NCBI GenBank assembly: GCA_030648255.1
Contig: JAUSHZ010000012.1
Span: forward strand, 1 to 60,697
Direction of reading: 5' to 3'
Origin: a bacterium
GTDB lineage: Bacteria > Patescibacteriota > Minisyncoccia > Minisyncoccales > CG1-02-41-26
DNA length: 60,697 nucleotides
The position numbers and the translations under genes are program-made. Positions 43,578 through 50,797 of the stretch are shown piece by piece. The notes beneath the pieces were generated by a model. It was not told the origin of the DNA. It did not search any database and saw nothing but the letters and a program-made list of their open reading frames with translations. Position 1 is the first letter of the stretch. The number at the start of each line of letters is the position of its first letter.

Positions 43578-44555
43578 ATGCTTGATTTAATTATAATTGG
43601 CGGGGGGCCAGCTGGAGTCACTGCTGGCATTTACGCTTCTCGGAAAAAATTAAATACCTTGATTATTGCCAAAGATTTTTTTGGTCAAATTTCAAAAACA
43701 GGCCAAGTGGATAATTGGCCAGGGGATATGGCCATCAGCGGAGTGAACCTGGCTTTAAAATTAGAAAAGCATTTAAAAAGTTTTTTAGTTGAGATAAAAG
43801 AAGGTCAAAAAGTAGTGGCTGTTTCTTACGCTCCCGTCATTCTGAGCCAGCAGGCGAAGAATCTCGGCTGCGACCCTTCGCTAATCACTCAGGGTGACAA
43901 ATTCACGGTGCAGATTGAAAGTGGGGAAATTTTTGAGGCCAAGGCATTAATAATTGCCACTGGCCGAAACGCTAAAACTTTGTGCGTTGAAGGCGAACAG
44001 GATTTTGTGGGCAAGGGGCTTTCTTATTGTTCAATTTGCGATGCGCCGTTTTTTAAAGATAAGCAAGTGGCGGTTTTTGGAGGTGGAAACGCTGGCTTTG
44101 AAACAGCTTTGGATTTAATAAAATACGCTAAAAAAGTTTTTATTTTTGAAAAGAGCGACAAAATTTTAGCTGACGAGGCCTTAGTTGAAAAAGCAAAAAT
44201 AACTGGAAAAATAGAAATTTGTTTGCAAGTAGAAATTTTAAAGGTAGAAGGCACAAACAGAGTCCAGTCAATAGTTTATAAAAATTTGGCTTCGGGTAAA
44301 ACAATGCAGCAGCCAATGGACGGGGTATTTGTGCAAATCGGCTCGGTGCCAGCCACTGGATTTTTAGGGAAGTTAGTTGATTTTGATGAAGACAATGAAA
44401 TAAAAGTTGATTCAAAAACCTTGGAAACGTCGGTTAAGGGGATATTTGCCGCTGGCGATTGCAATGATACAAAGTGGAAACAAGCCATAATTGCCGCAGG
44501 ACAAGGAGCAACTGCCGCGCTATCGGCTTACGAGTTTTTACAGAAGGGCTGTTGA
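43578..44555 (+). CDS. trxB: Thioredoxin-disulfide reductase
   Basis: FAD and NAD GxGxxG motifs are present (IIIGGGPAG, VFGGGNAG). The redox centre is CSICD, and GDC lies near the C-terminus. The start is set at ATG 43578. The track's 20-codon extension is a nested palindrome at 43517-43565. Confidence 0.85.
   Translation: MLDLIIIGGGPAGVTAGIYASRKKLNTLIIAKDFFGQISKTGQVDNWPGDMAISGVNLALKLEKHLKSFLVEIKEGQKVVAVSYAPVILSQQAKNLGCDPSLITQGDKFTVQIESGEIFEAKALIIATGRNAKTLCVEGEQDFVGKGLSYCSICDAPFFKDKQVAVFGGGNAGFETALDLIKYAKKVFIFEKSDKILADEALVEKAKITGKIEICLQVEILKVEGTNRVQSIVYKNLASGKTMQQPMDGVFVQIGSVPATGFLGKLVDFDEDNEIKVDSKTLETSVKGIFAAGDCNDTKWKQAIIAAGQGATAALSAYEFLQKGC
43835..43901. repeat. Family-B palindrome in frame inside trxB
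   Basis: The sequence cgtcattctgagccagcaggcgaagaatctcggctgcgacccttcgctaatcactcagggtgacaaa is read as VILSQQAKNLGCDPSLITQGDK. Confidence 0.85.
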
Positions 44556-44596
44556 AGCTCGGTTTTGGGAGCCCTAAAAACCGAGCTTCAACAGCC
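44547..44596. repeat. Family-A long palindrome containing the trxB stop codon
   Basis: The sequence is ggctgttgaagctcggttttgggagccctaaaaaccgagcttcaacagcc. trxB ends GGC TGT TGA inside it. Confidence 0.85.
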
Positions 44597-44608
44597 TACT
44601 AATAACAT

Positions 44609-45898
44609 ATGAAAATTCTATCTCTTAAAGCTCGAGAAATTTTAGATAGCCGTGGCGTGCCAACGGTGGAAGCGATTTTAGAAACTGATGGCGGGTTGTT
44701 TAAGGCGTCTGTTCCGTCGGGCACTTCAACGGGCAAATATGAGGCGTTTGAACTGCGAGACAACGACGAGCGGTTTTTTGGCAAAGGCGTTTTAAAAGCA
44801 GTGAAAAATATTGAGAAAAAAATAGCGGAAGCTATTTTAAATAAAGATTTTTCCAGCCAAAAAGATCTGGACGATTTTTTAATAAAATTAGATGCTACAG
44901 AAAATAAGTCGCATTTAGGGGCAAACGCGATTTTAGCTGTTTCAATGGCGGGTTGTCGGGCTTTTGCCTGCGAAAAAAACCAGGAGCTTTTTGAGTTTAT
45001 AGCTGTTGAAGCTCGGTTTTTAGGGGGCCCAAAACCGAGCTTCAACAGCCCCAACAGTCCCGAAATTTGGCTTCCAACTCCGTGCTTTAATATAATAGAA
45101 GGAGGAAAGCACGCAGGCAATAACCTTGAAGTGCAAGAATTTATGGCTGTGCCATTTTTGGAAAGTTTTGCTGAAAACCTGCGATCCGGGGCTGAAGTTT
45201 ATTACCATTTAAAGTTGCTTTTAATAAAAAATTTTGGCGAAACTGCCATGAACACAGGCTATGAGTCAGGATTTGCTCCAGCTTTCAAAAAAACCGAAAC
45301 AGCTTTTGAATTTTTGTTAAAAGCTATCCAAAAAGCGGGCTATGAAGGAAAATTCAAAATTGGTTTGGACATAGCATCAAGCGAGCTTTTATACAAGGAA
45401 AAATATAGAATTAATGCTAAGTTTTTTTCTCCAAAAAAACTTGCTGATTATTATTTGAAACTTTACCACAATTACCCAATAGCTTTTATTGAAGATGGTT
45501 TTGGTCAGGATGATTTAACGGGCTGGCGGGGATTAGAATCAGGAATCAAGAATCAGGAATTAGGAATTATTGTAGTGGGGGATGATTTAACAGCTACTAA
45601 TCCAGAAAGAATAAAAATGGCGCAAGAGAAAAATTTATGCAATGCTGTTATTATAAAACTTAACCAAATTGGGTCAGTAACAGAAGCAATCAATGCGGCT
45701 AACTTGGCAAAAAGTTTTAACTGGAAAGTTATTGTATCGCACAGAAGCGGTGAAACAAACGACGACTTTATTGCTGATTTTGCAGTTGGCATTGGAGCTG
45801 ATTTTATTAAAACAGGCGCACCAGCTGGTGGAGAAAGAGTGGCAAAATATAACCGTTTACTAGAAATTGAAAAAGAGCTGTTGAAGCTCGGTTTTTAG
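44609..45898 (+). CDS. eno: Enolase
   Basis: The N-terminus reads KAREILDSRGVPTVEA. Residues NIIEGGKHAGN, IEDGF..DD, VGDDLTATN and SHRSGET are also present. Confidence 0.9.
   Translation: MKILSLKAREILDSRGVPTVEAILETDGGLFKASVPSGTSTGKYEAFELRDNDERFFGKGVLKAVKNIEKKIAEAILNKDFSSQKDLDDFLIKLDATENKSHLGANAILAVSMAGCRAFACEKNQELFEFIAVEARFLGGPKPSFNSPNSPEIWLPTPCFNIIEGGKHAGNNLEVQEFMAVPFLESFAENLRSGAEVYYHLKLLLIKNFGETAMNTGYESGFAPAFKKTETAFEFLLKAIQKAGYEGKFKIGLDIASSELLYKEKYRINAKFFSPKKLADYYLKLYHNYPIAFIEDGFGQDDLTGWRGLESGIKNQELGIIVVGDDLTATNPERIKMAQEKNLCNAVIIKLNQIGSVTEAINAANLAKSFNWKVIVSHRSGETNDDFIADFAVGIGADFIKTGAPAGGERVAKYNRLLEIEKELLKLGF
45001..45050. repeat. Family-A long palindrome in frame inside enolase
   Basis: The sequence agctgttgaagctcggtttttagggggcccaaaaccgagcttcaacagcc is read as AVEARFLGGPKPSFNS. 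It is identical to the copy at 49031-49079. Confidence 0.9.
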
Positions 45899-45922
45899 AG
45901 AGCCCAAAACCGAGCTTCAACA
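45876..45922. repeat. Family-A long palindrome containing the enolase stop codon
   Basis: The sequence is gagctgttgaagctcggtttttagagagcccaaaaccgagcttcaaca. eno ends ...E LLKLGF TAG inside it. Confidence 0.85.
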
Positions 45923-45962
45923 TCCTCGCCCCCGAAGCTCGGTTTCAACAGCTTTAAAACAT

Positions 45963-46613
45963 ATGTATAAATTAGTATTATTACGGCATGGAGAGAGCTT
46001 GTGGAACAAAGAAAATATTTTCACTGGCTGGGTTGATATTGGCCTTTCCGATTCTGGAAGAGAGCAGGCAAAAAGAGCTGGTTTTCTATTAAAAGAAAAC
46101 GGTTTTGTTTTTGATATGGCCTTTACTTCGGTTTTAAAAAGAGCCACTCAAACTTTAGAAGTTGTTTTGAAAGAAATGGGCCTGACAGATGTAGTAATAG
46201 TAGAAAGGTCTTTATGCTTAAACGAAAGGCATTACGGAGCCCTGCAGGGCGTTAACAAGGACACGGTCATTGAAAAATTTGGCCTTGAACAATTTACGAT
46301 TTGGAGAAGAGGATATAAGGGCAGGCCTCCCGCCGTCGCTAAAGCTTTGGCGGGCTCGCCCGCCAGCGAATCGCTGGAAGATGTTTTCTTAAGAGTTGTT
46401 CCATATTGGGAAGAGAAAATAGCGCCAGCAATTTTACAGCAAAAAAGTGTTTTAATTGTGGCTCATGGAAATTCCTTAAGGGCTTTAGTAAAAATGCTGG
46501 ATAATATTTCAGACAAAGATATTGAAAAATTAGAAATTCCCATTGGTGTACCCATTGTTTATGAGCTTGACGAAAACTTAAAGCCAATTGCTTTTTCTAA
46601 ACTGGTTTGTTAA
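45963..46613 (+). CDS. gpmA: 2,3-bisphosphoglycerate-dependent phosphoglycerate mutase
   Basis: It contains LVLLRHGESLWNKENIFTGWVD (RHGE motif), ERHYGALQG and AHGNSLRAL. Confidence 0.85.
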   Translation: MYKLVLLRHGESLWNKENIFTGWVDIGLSDSGREQAKRAGFLLKENGFVFDMAFTSVLKRATQTLEVVLKEMGLTDVVIVERSLCLNERHYGALQGVNKDTVIEKFGLEQFTIWRRGYKGRPPAVAKALAGSPASESLEDVFLRVVPYWEEKIAPAILQQKSVLIVAHGNSLRALVKMLDNISDKDIEKLEIPIGVPIVYELDENLKPIAFSKLVC

Positions 46614-46629
46614 AATAATAAATTGAATA

Positions 46630-46741
46630 CCCCAGTTAAGTAGCTCACTAATCGCTCGCACTTAACGGGGTGTAAGAACTCGTAAAATTCTGCTGCAATT
46701 TTATGGGGTAAAAATTGCAGCAAGAATTAACGATTTCTAAC
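46630..46741 (+). promoter_or_regulatory. Conserved leader: hairpin ccccagttaag...cttaacgggg plus both conserved boxes
   Basis: The boxes are ggggtgtaagaactcgtaaaattc at 46667-46690 and attaacgatttctaac at 46726-46741. It ends 6 nt before ATG 46748. Confidence 0.5.
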
Positions 46742-46747
46742 AAAAAT

Positions 46748-47752
46748 ATGATAAAAGACAAAGAACAAATTAAGTCAATCGTTATCGGTGTTTTAGCTGT
46801 TGGTATTTTGGCAATAGCTTATTACACATTTTTCGGTTCGCCAACAAGCTTAACAGCAAAGGGGGCAACAGATATTGCTTTGGGCTATATTAATAGCACT
46901 TTATTAACAGACGGCTCAACAGCAACAATAGACGGCGCTGTTTCCAGCCAGAGCGGGCTTTATAAGTTTAAGTTAAAAGTTGGAGAGCAAAGCTTTGATT
47001 CTTTTATAACAAAAGATGGCAAATTTTTATTTCCTCAAGTTATTGAAATAAAACAATCAACTTCAACAGCACCTGTGGCTAATAATAATCAGCCAGCTCC
47101 AAAAACCTGCGAAGATGTTGCAAAAGAGGCAACTCCTCAAATGGAAGCATTTGTGGTTTCTTATTGCCCGTATGGTTTGCAAATGCAAAGGGTTTTAGCT
47201 GAGGTTGTGAATAGTGCTTCTGCATTGCAGTCAAATATTAAGATTATGTATATGGGGTCAATCAGCGGAGGAAAAATTCAATCAATGCATGGCGATCAAG
47301 AAGCAGTTGAAAATTTGAAACAAATTTGTATTAGAGAAGAACAGCCAACAAAATTTTATCCTTACTTGAATTGCTTTATAAAAGAAGAAGGAAAGTCTGA
47401 TGAGTGTTCCACTGCAGCTGGAATTGACACAACAAAATTAAAGGCCTGCACAACCGACCCAAACAAGGGCTTAAAATACGCGCAAGCTGACTTTACGGCA
47501 AGTGAAAAATACGGAGTTTCTGGCTCACCAACTTTAATTTTAAATGGTCAGAAGGTTAGCGAATATGACTTTGGAGGTAGAACTGCCCAAGCAGTGAAAA
47601 CCCTATTATGCTGTGGATTTAACCAGCCACCAGAAATTTGTTCAACAGATATTTCAACAGCCCAAGCTGCCCCAAGTTTTTCTACAACTTATGCTGGCTC
47701 TGGCGGGGGAACTTCAAATTCAGGAGGAACTAATTGCGCTCCTGCAAAGTAA
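46748..47752 (+). CDS. Membrane-anchored thioredoxin-fold protein (monothiol CPYG)
   Basis: MIKDKEQIKSIVIGVLAVGILA parallels the paralog at 47999. It contains FVVSYCPYGLQ and a GSPTLILNG motif. The start is set at ATG 46748, because the track's TTG 46715 lies inside the leader. Confidence 0.6.
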   Translation: MIKDKEQIKSIVIGVLAVGILAIAYYTFFGSPTSLTAKGATDIALGYINSTLLTDGSTATIDGAVSSQSGLYKFKLKVGEQSFDSFITKDGKFLFPQVIEIKQSTSTAPVANNNQPAPKTCEDVAKEATPQMEAFVVSYCPYGLQMQRVLAEVVNSASALQSNIKIMYMGSISGGKIQSMHGDQEAVENLKQICIREEQPTKFYPYLNCFIKEEGKSDECSTAAGIDTTKLKACTTDPNKGLKYAQADFTASEKYGVSGSPTLILNGQKVSEYDFGGRTAQAVKTLLCCGFNQPPEICSTDISTAQAAPSFSTTYAGSGGGTSNSGGTNCAPAK

Positions 47753-47992
47753 GTAATCCGTTAGCGATGGCGAGGCGATTAGCCGAAGCCAGAGCTTACG
47801 GAGGACTTACCCCGTGAAGTAAAATTTGTACTCAAATTTTAAATTTAGCAAAATTTAAAATTACTTCACTGGGGTGTGGTAAGAATACAAACAAACCCCA
47901 GTTAAGTAGCTCGCTCCGCCAGCTGGCGGACGCTCGCACTTAACGGGGTGTAAGAACTCGTAAATTCGCTTCGCTCATTAACGATTTCTAAC
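47753..47992 (+). promoter_or_regulatory. Full-length leader element: outer imperfect palindrome, nested hairpin and both conserved boxes
   Basis: gtaatccgttagcgatgg...ttacggaggacttaccccgtgaagta...tacttcactggggtg...ccccagttaagtagctcgc...cacttaacgggg. The boxes lie at 47945-47967 and 47976-47992. Confidence 0.5.
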
Positions 47993-47998
47993 AAAATT

Positions 47999-48730
47999 AT
48001 GATAAAAAATAAAGAACAAATAAAAACAATAGTTATCGGCGTTTTAGCAGTGGGAATATTAGTGATGGCTTACCTTGTTTTCGCTGGCACACCAAACGGT
48101 TTATCTGGTGATAAAGCAGCAAAAAAGGCAATTGATTTCGTCAATGCAAAGGTTTTAACTGGAGAAAATAGGGCAAGCATTGACGGAAAAGTGGTTTCAG
48201 AAAGCGGGCTTTATAAATTCAATGTAAAAGTGGCAGCAGATTCTTTTCCTTCCTATGTTTCTAAAGACGGAAAATTGCTTTTTCCCCAAGTTATGAAAAT
48301 TGAGGATGTTGCTGGCAACGGCATTACTCCAACAACTATCCAAGCCGACCAAAAAACAATAGGCGAGTTTTCTGTTTCAAAGGACGAGGTTTGTTTGGAA
48401 AACGGCAAGCCAATTGTTTACTTCTTTGGAGAAGATAAATGCCCGCACTGTGTTTGGGAACACCCAATTGTCCAAAAAGTTGCTAATCAATTTCAGGGGC
48501 TTATCTCTTTTCATGACAATATGAACAATATTAGTAAAGATATAGATATTTTTACAAAATATAGCCCAAGTGGAAGCGTGCCTGTTTTAGTTATTGGCTG
48601 TAAATACTATAGAGTTGGCACTGTTGAGCCAGAAACAGCCGAAGGCGCTTTGGAGGCAGAAAATAATCTTGTTTCTTTGGTTTGCCAATTAACTAATAAC
48701 CAGCCATCTGGGTTATGCACCCAACCATAA
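47999..48730 (+). CDS. Membrane-anchored thioredoxin-fold protein (CPHC)
   Basis: The N-terminal anchor is paralogous to 46748. It contains FFGEDKCPHCVWEHP and a GSVPVLVIG motif. Confidence 0.65.
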   Translation: MIKNKEQIKTIVIGVLAVGILVMAYLVFAGTPNGLSGDKAAKKAIDFVNAKVLTGENRASIDGKVVSESGLYKFNVKVAADSFPSYVSKDGKLLFPQVMKIEDVAGNGITPTTIQADQKTIGEFSVSKDEVCLENGKPIVYFFGEDKCPHCVWEHPIVQKVANQFQGLISFHDNMNNISKDIDIFTKYSPSGSVPVLVIGCKYYRVGTVEPETAEGALEAENNLVSLVCQLTNNQPSGLCTQP

Positions 48731-48813
48731 CCCCAGTTAAACAGCTCCCTGAGGTCGCGTTTAACAGGGTGTAAGTTCTCGTAAATTCGTTTCACTCATT
48801 AACGATAACTAAC
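48730..48813 (+). promoter_or_regulatory. Conserved leader: hairpin plus both boxes, abutting ATG 48814
   Basis: The hairpin is ccccagttaaacagctccctgaggtcgcgtttaacaggg. The boxes are gggtgtaagttctcgtaaattc at 48767-48788 and cattaacgataactaac at 48797-48813. Confidence 0.5.
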
Positions 48814-49053
48814 ATGTCAAAAATAAAAGTATATTCAACAGAGTTTTGCCCATACTGTGTTGCTTTAAAAGAATTTTTAAAGGAAAATAAAATTGATTTT
48901 GAGGCAGTTGATGTAACCGAAGATTTAAAAGCTCAAGATGAAATGATTGAAAAATCTGGCCAACTGGGCGTGCCGGTCATAGATATCAACGGTGAGATTA
49001 TAGTAGGATTTGACAGGGAGAGAATAAAACAGCTGTTGAAGCTCGGTTTTTAG
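48814..49053 (+). CDS. Glutaredoxin/NrdH-like small redox protein
   Basis: At 79 aa, it contains YSTEFCPYCVALKEFL...GVPVIDING. The last six codons and the stop lie in a family-A palindrome. Confidence 0.8.
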   Translation: MSKIKVYSTEFCPYCVALKEFLKENKIDFEAVDVTEDLKAQDEMIEKSGQLGVPVIDINGEIIVGFDRERIKQLLKLGF

Positions 49054-49079
49054 GGGGCCCAAAACCGAGCTTCAACAGC
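49030..49079. repeat. Family-A long palindrome containing the glutaredoxin stop codon
   Basis: The sequence is cagctgttgaagctcggtttttagggggcccaaaaccgagcttcaacagc. The gene ends Q LLKLGF TAG. Confidence 0.9.
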
Positions 49080-49108
49080 AACTCGACTTCAACAACTTCT
49101 CTATTTAT

Positions 49109-50074
49109 ATGACAAGAATTGCTATAAATGGTTTTGGCAGAATTGGAATGCTCACAGCTCAAAGGATGCAGGAAAAGCATCCTAATTTAGAATTAGTGGC
49201 TATAAACGAGGTCAACCCCGTTGAAAAGCAAGCTTTCAACAGGGCAAGATTTTTTTCTGAAAAAGATCCATCAAATTTGCCCTGGAAAGATTTGGAGGTT
49301 GATACTGTTTTGGAGTGTTCTGGTTTTTTTACAGAATTGAACGCCGCTAAAAAACATTTGTTGGCGGGCGCTAAAAAAGTAATAATTTCAGCGCCATCGG
49401 ATTCACCAGAAATTCCTGTTTTTTTATTGGGAGTTAATGCCCAGAATTATAAAGGCGAAGCAATAATTTCCATGGGTTCTTGCACAACCAATGCTGTGGC
49501 CCCTTTGGCAAAAATTTTAGACGCAAATTTTGGCGTTAAAAATGGTTTTGTCAATACAGTGCATAGCTACACTAATTCACAAAATAAATTATATCCAAAC
49601 TGGCGACAAGAACCAGCTAGCAAGCTAAGCATTATTCCTTCCACAACCGGAGCCACCAAAACTATTGAAAAATGTTTGCCAAAATTAAAAGGCAAGCTAA
49701 ACGGCCTTTCTTTAAGAGTGCCCACAGAAACAGTTTCCATTGTGGAATTTGTTTTTTTAGCAAAGAAAAAAGCCACAGTTGAACAAGTAAACGCAGTATT
49801 GCAGAGAGCCGCCGAAGAATTTCAAGGCACTCGGTTCCTTGAAAGGGGATTCAAGGAACCGAGTGCCTTGAAATCCCCAAGCAATATTTTAAAATTTGAA
49901 AATAAAAAATTAATTTCTACGGATTTAAAAAATAGCGAGTATTCCTCAATAATTGATGGCTCGTTGACCCAAACATTTGGCAAGCTAATAAAGGTTTTCG
50001 CTTGGTATGATAATGAGTGGGGGTATATCTGCAGATTAGCCGAAATGGCGGAGTACATCGGGGGCAAGAATTAG
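49109..50074 (+). CDS. gap: Glyceraldehyde-3-phosphate dehydrogenase
   Basis: It contains RIAINGFGRIG, the catalytic SCTTNA and WYDNEWGY. Confidence 0.9.
   Translation: MTRIAINGFGRIGMLTAQRMQEKHPNLELVAINEVNPVEKQAFNRARFFSEKDPSNLPWKDLEVDTVLECSGFFTELNAAKKHLLAGAKKVIISAPSDSPEIPVFLLGVNAQNYKGEAIISMGSCTTNAVAPLAKILDANFGVKNGFVNTVHSYTNSQNKLYPNWRQEPASKLSIIPSTTGATKTIEKCLPKLKGKLNGLSLRVPTETVSIVEFVFLAKKKATVEQVNAVLQRAAEEFQGTRFLERGFKEPSALKSPSNILKFENKKLISTDLKNSEYSSIIDGSLTQTFGKLIKVFAWYDNEWGYICRLAEMAEYIGGKN
49819..49873. repeat. Family-D double hairpin in frame inside gap
   Basis: The sequence atttcaaggcactcggttccttgaaaggggattcaaggaaccgagtgccttgaaat is read as FQGTRFLERGFKEPSALKS. Confidence 0.85.
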
Positions 50075-50096
50075 GAATTAGGAATTAAGAATTAGG

Positions 50097-50122
50097 GCTT
50101 GGGGGTTTTCCCCAAGCTTTTT
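50097..50122 (+). terminator. Rho-independent terminator after gap
   Basis: The stem gcttgggg/ccccaagc has the loop gtttt and is followed by ttttt. A gaattag-type 7-mer repeat precedes it at 50068-50096. Confidence 0.7.
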
Positions 50123-50158
50123 ATTTAGAAAAAATAAACTATAATAAGGGAATGCTTT

Positions 50159-50797
50159 ATGTTATTAAACTTTGAAAAAACAAAAGAGTTATTAGAAAAA
50201 TACCAAATACCAATGGTGGAAAGTTTGGTTATTAAAAATTTAGGGCAGGGGATTGATTTTGCCAACAAGGTTGGTTTTCCCGTTGTCTTAAAATTAATTT
50301 CAAGCGATGTTTTGCATAAAATTGATAAGGGTTTAGTGAAGTTGAATATTCAAAATGCACAAGATTTGGAAATTACTTGGAAGGAACTCGGTTACTTCGG
50401 GGGTCAAAGTAACCGAGTTCCTTCGGACGGCGAGATTGTTATTCAGAAACAAATTTCCGGGCTAGAGCTCTTTGTAGGCATGAAGCGAGATAAAAGTTTT
50501 GGGCCAGTTATCAGTTTTGGCTTGGGCGGGGTATTCGTGGAAGTTTTAGAAGATATTGTTTTTGGCATTTGCCCTGTTGATAAAACACAAGCCTTGGAGA
50601 TGATAAAAAAGATTAGGGGTTATAAAATTTTACAAGGATATAGGGGGCAGTCAAAAATAGATATTGAAAAATTAGCAAATATCTTGGCAAGTATTTCAAA
50701 ATTAGCTGTTGAAAATGAGAATATCCAAGAAATTGATTTTAACCCTATAATAGCAAACGAAAACAATATTTTAGTAGTAGATGGAAAAATTATTTAA
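50159..50797 (+). CDS. acdB: Acetate--CoA ligase (ADP-forming), beta/ATP-grasp subunit
   Basis: The ATP-grasp pattern GFPVVLKLISSDVLHKIDKGLVKLNI...GPVISFGLGGVFVE is present. It overlaps the alpha subunit gene. Confidence 0.7.
   Translation: MLLNFEKTKELLEKYQIPMVESLVIKNLGQGIDFANKVGFPVVLKLISSDVLHKIDKGLVKLNIQNAQDLEITWKELGYFGGQSNRVPSDGEIVIQKQISGLELFVGMKRDKSFGPVISFGLGGVFVEVLEDIVFGICPVDKTQALEMIKKIRGYKILQGYRGQSKIDIEKLANILASISKLAVENENIQEIDFNPIIANENNILVVDGKII
50379..50424. repeat. Family-D-like palindrome in frame in acdB
   Basis: The sequence ggaaggaactcggttacttcgggggtcaaagtaaccgagttccttc is read as KELGYFGGQSNRVPS. Confidence 0.75.

Noticed and set aside
44599-45120. Long antisense ORFs: 44599-45120, 50771-51286, 19224-19586, 21534-21884, 31634-32032, 33390-33749, 41077-41445 and similar
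   Set aside because: All of them overlap well-supported sense genes (eno, acdA, the giant gene, LamG genes, ftsZ). Their products have repetitive or odd composition and no start context. They are typical shadow ORFs.
45530-45568. A gaatcaggaat-type repeat inside enolase (GLESGIKNQELGII) as another inserted element
   Set aside because: This segment aligns position for position with the normal enolase region preceding VGDDL, with no length excess against the E. coli sequence as I recall it. It is therefore ordinary coding sequence with chance repetitiveness.
4426-46747. ORF-track N-terminal extensions at 4426, 6731, 9224, 27205, 33396, 40202, 43518 and 46715
   Set aside because: Each extension starts at a non-ATG or weak codon. 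Each overlaps the upstream gene or runs through a palindrome, inverted-repeat arm or leader. Each is followed by an in-frame ATG that yields the conserved family N-terminus: MFRYLN, MKIIINTDGG, MQDKIFNF, MKRFTKQ, MKQFTKQ, MKKKSASK, MLDLIIIGGG and MIKDKEQIK.
41545-49079. Family-A palindromes acting simply as rho-independent terminators
   Set aside because: Most copies lack a downstream T tract. Identical copies occur in frame inside eno and the giant gene, where termination would be lethal or truncating. Clear terminators with T runs exist separately, for example at 50097-50122.
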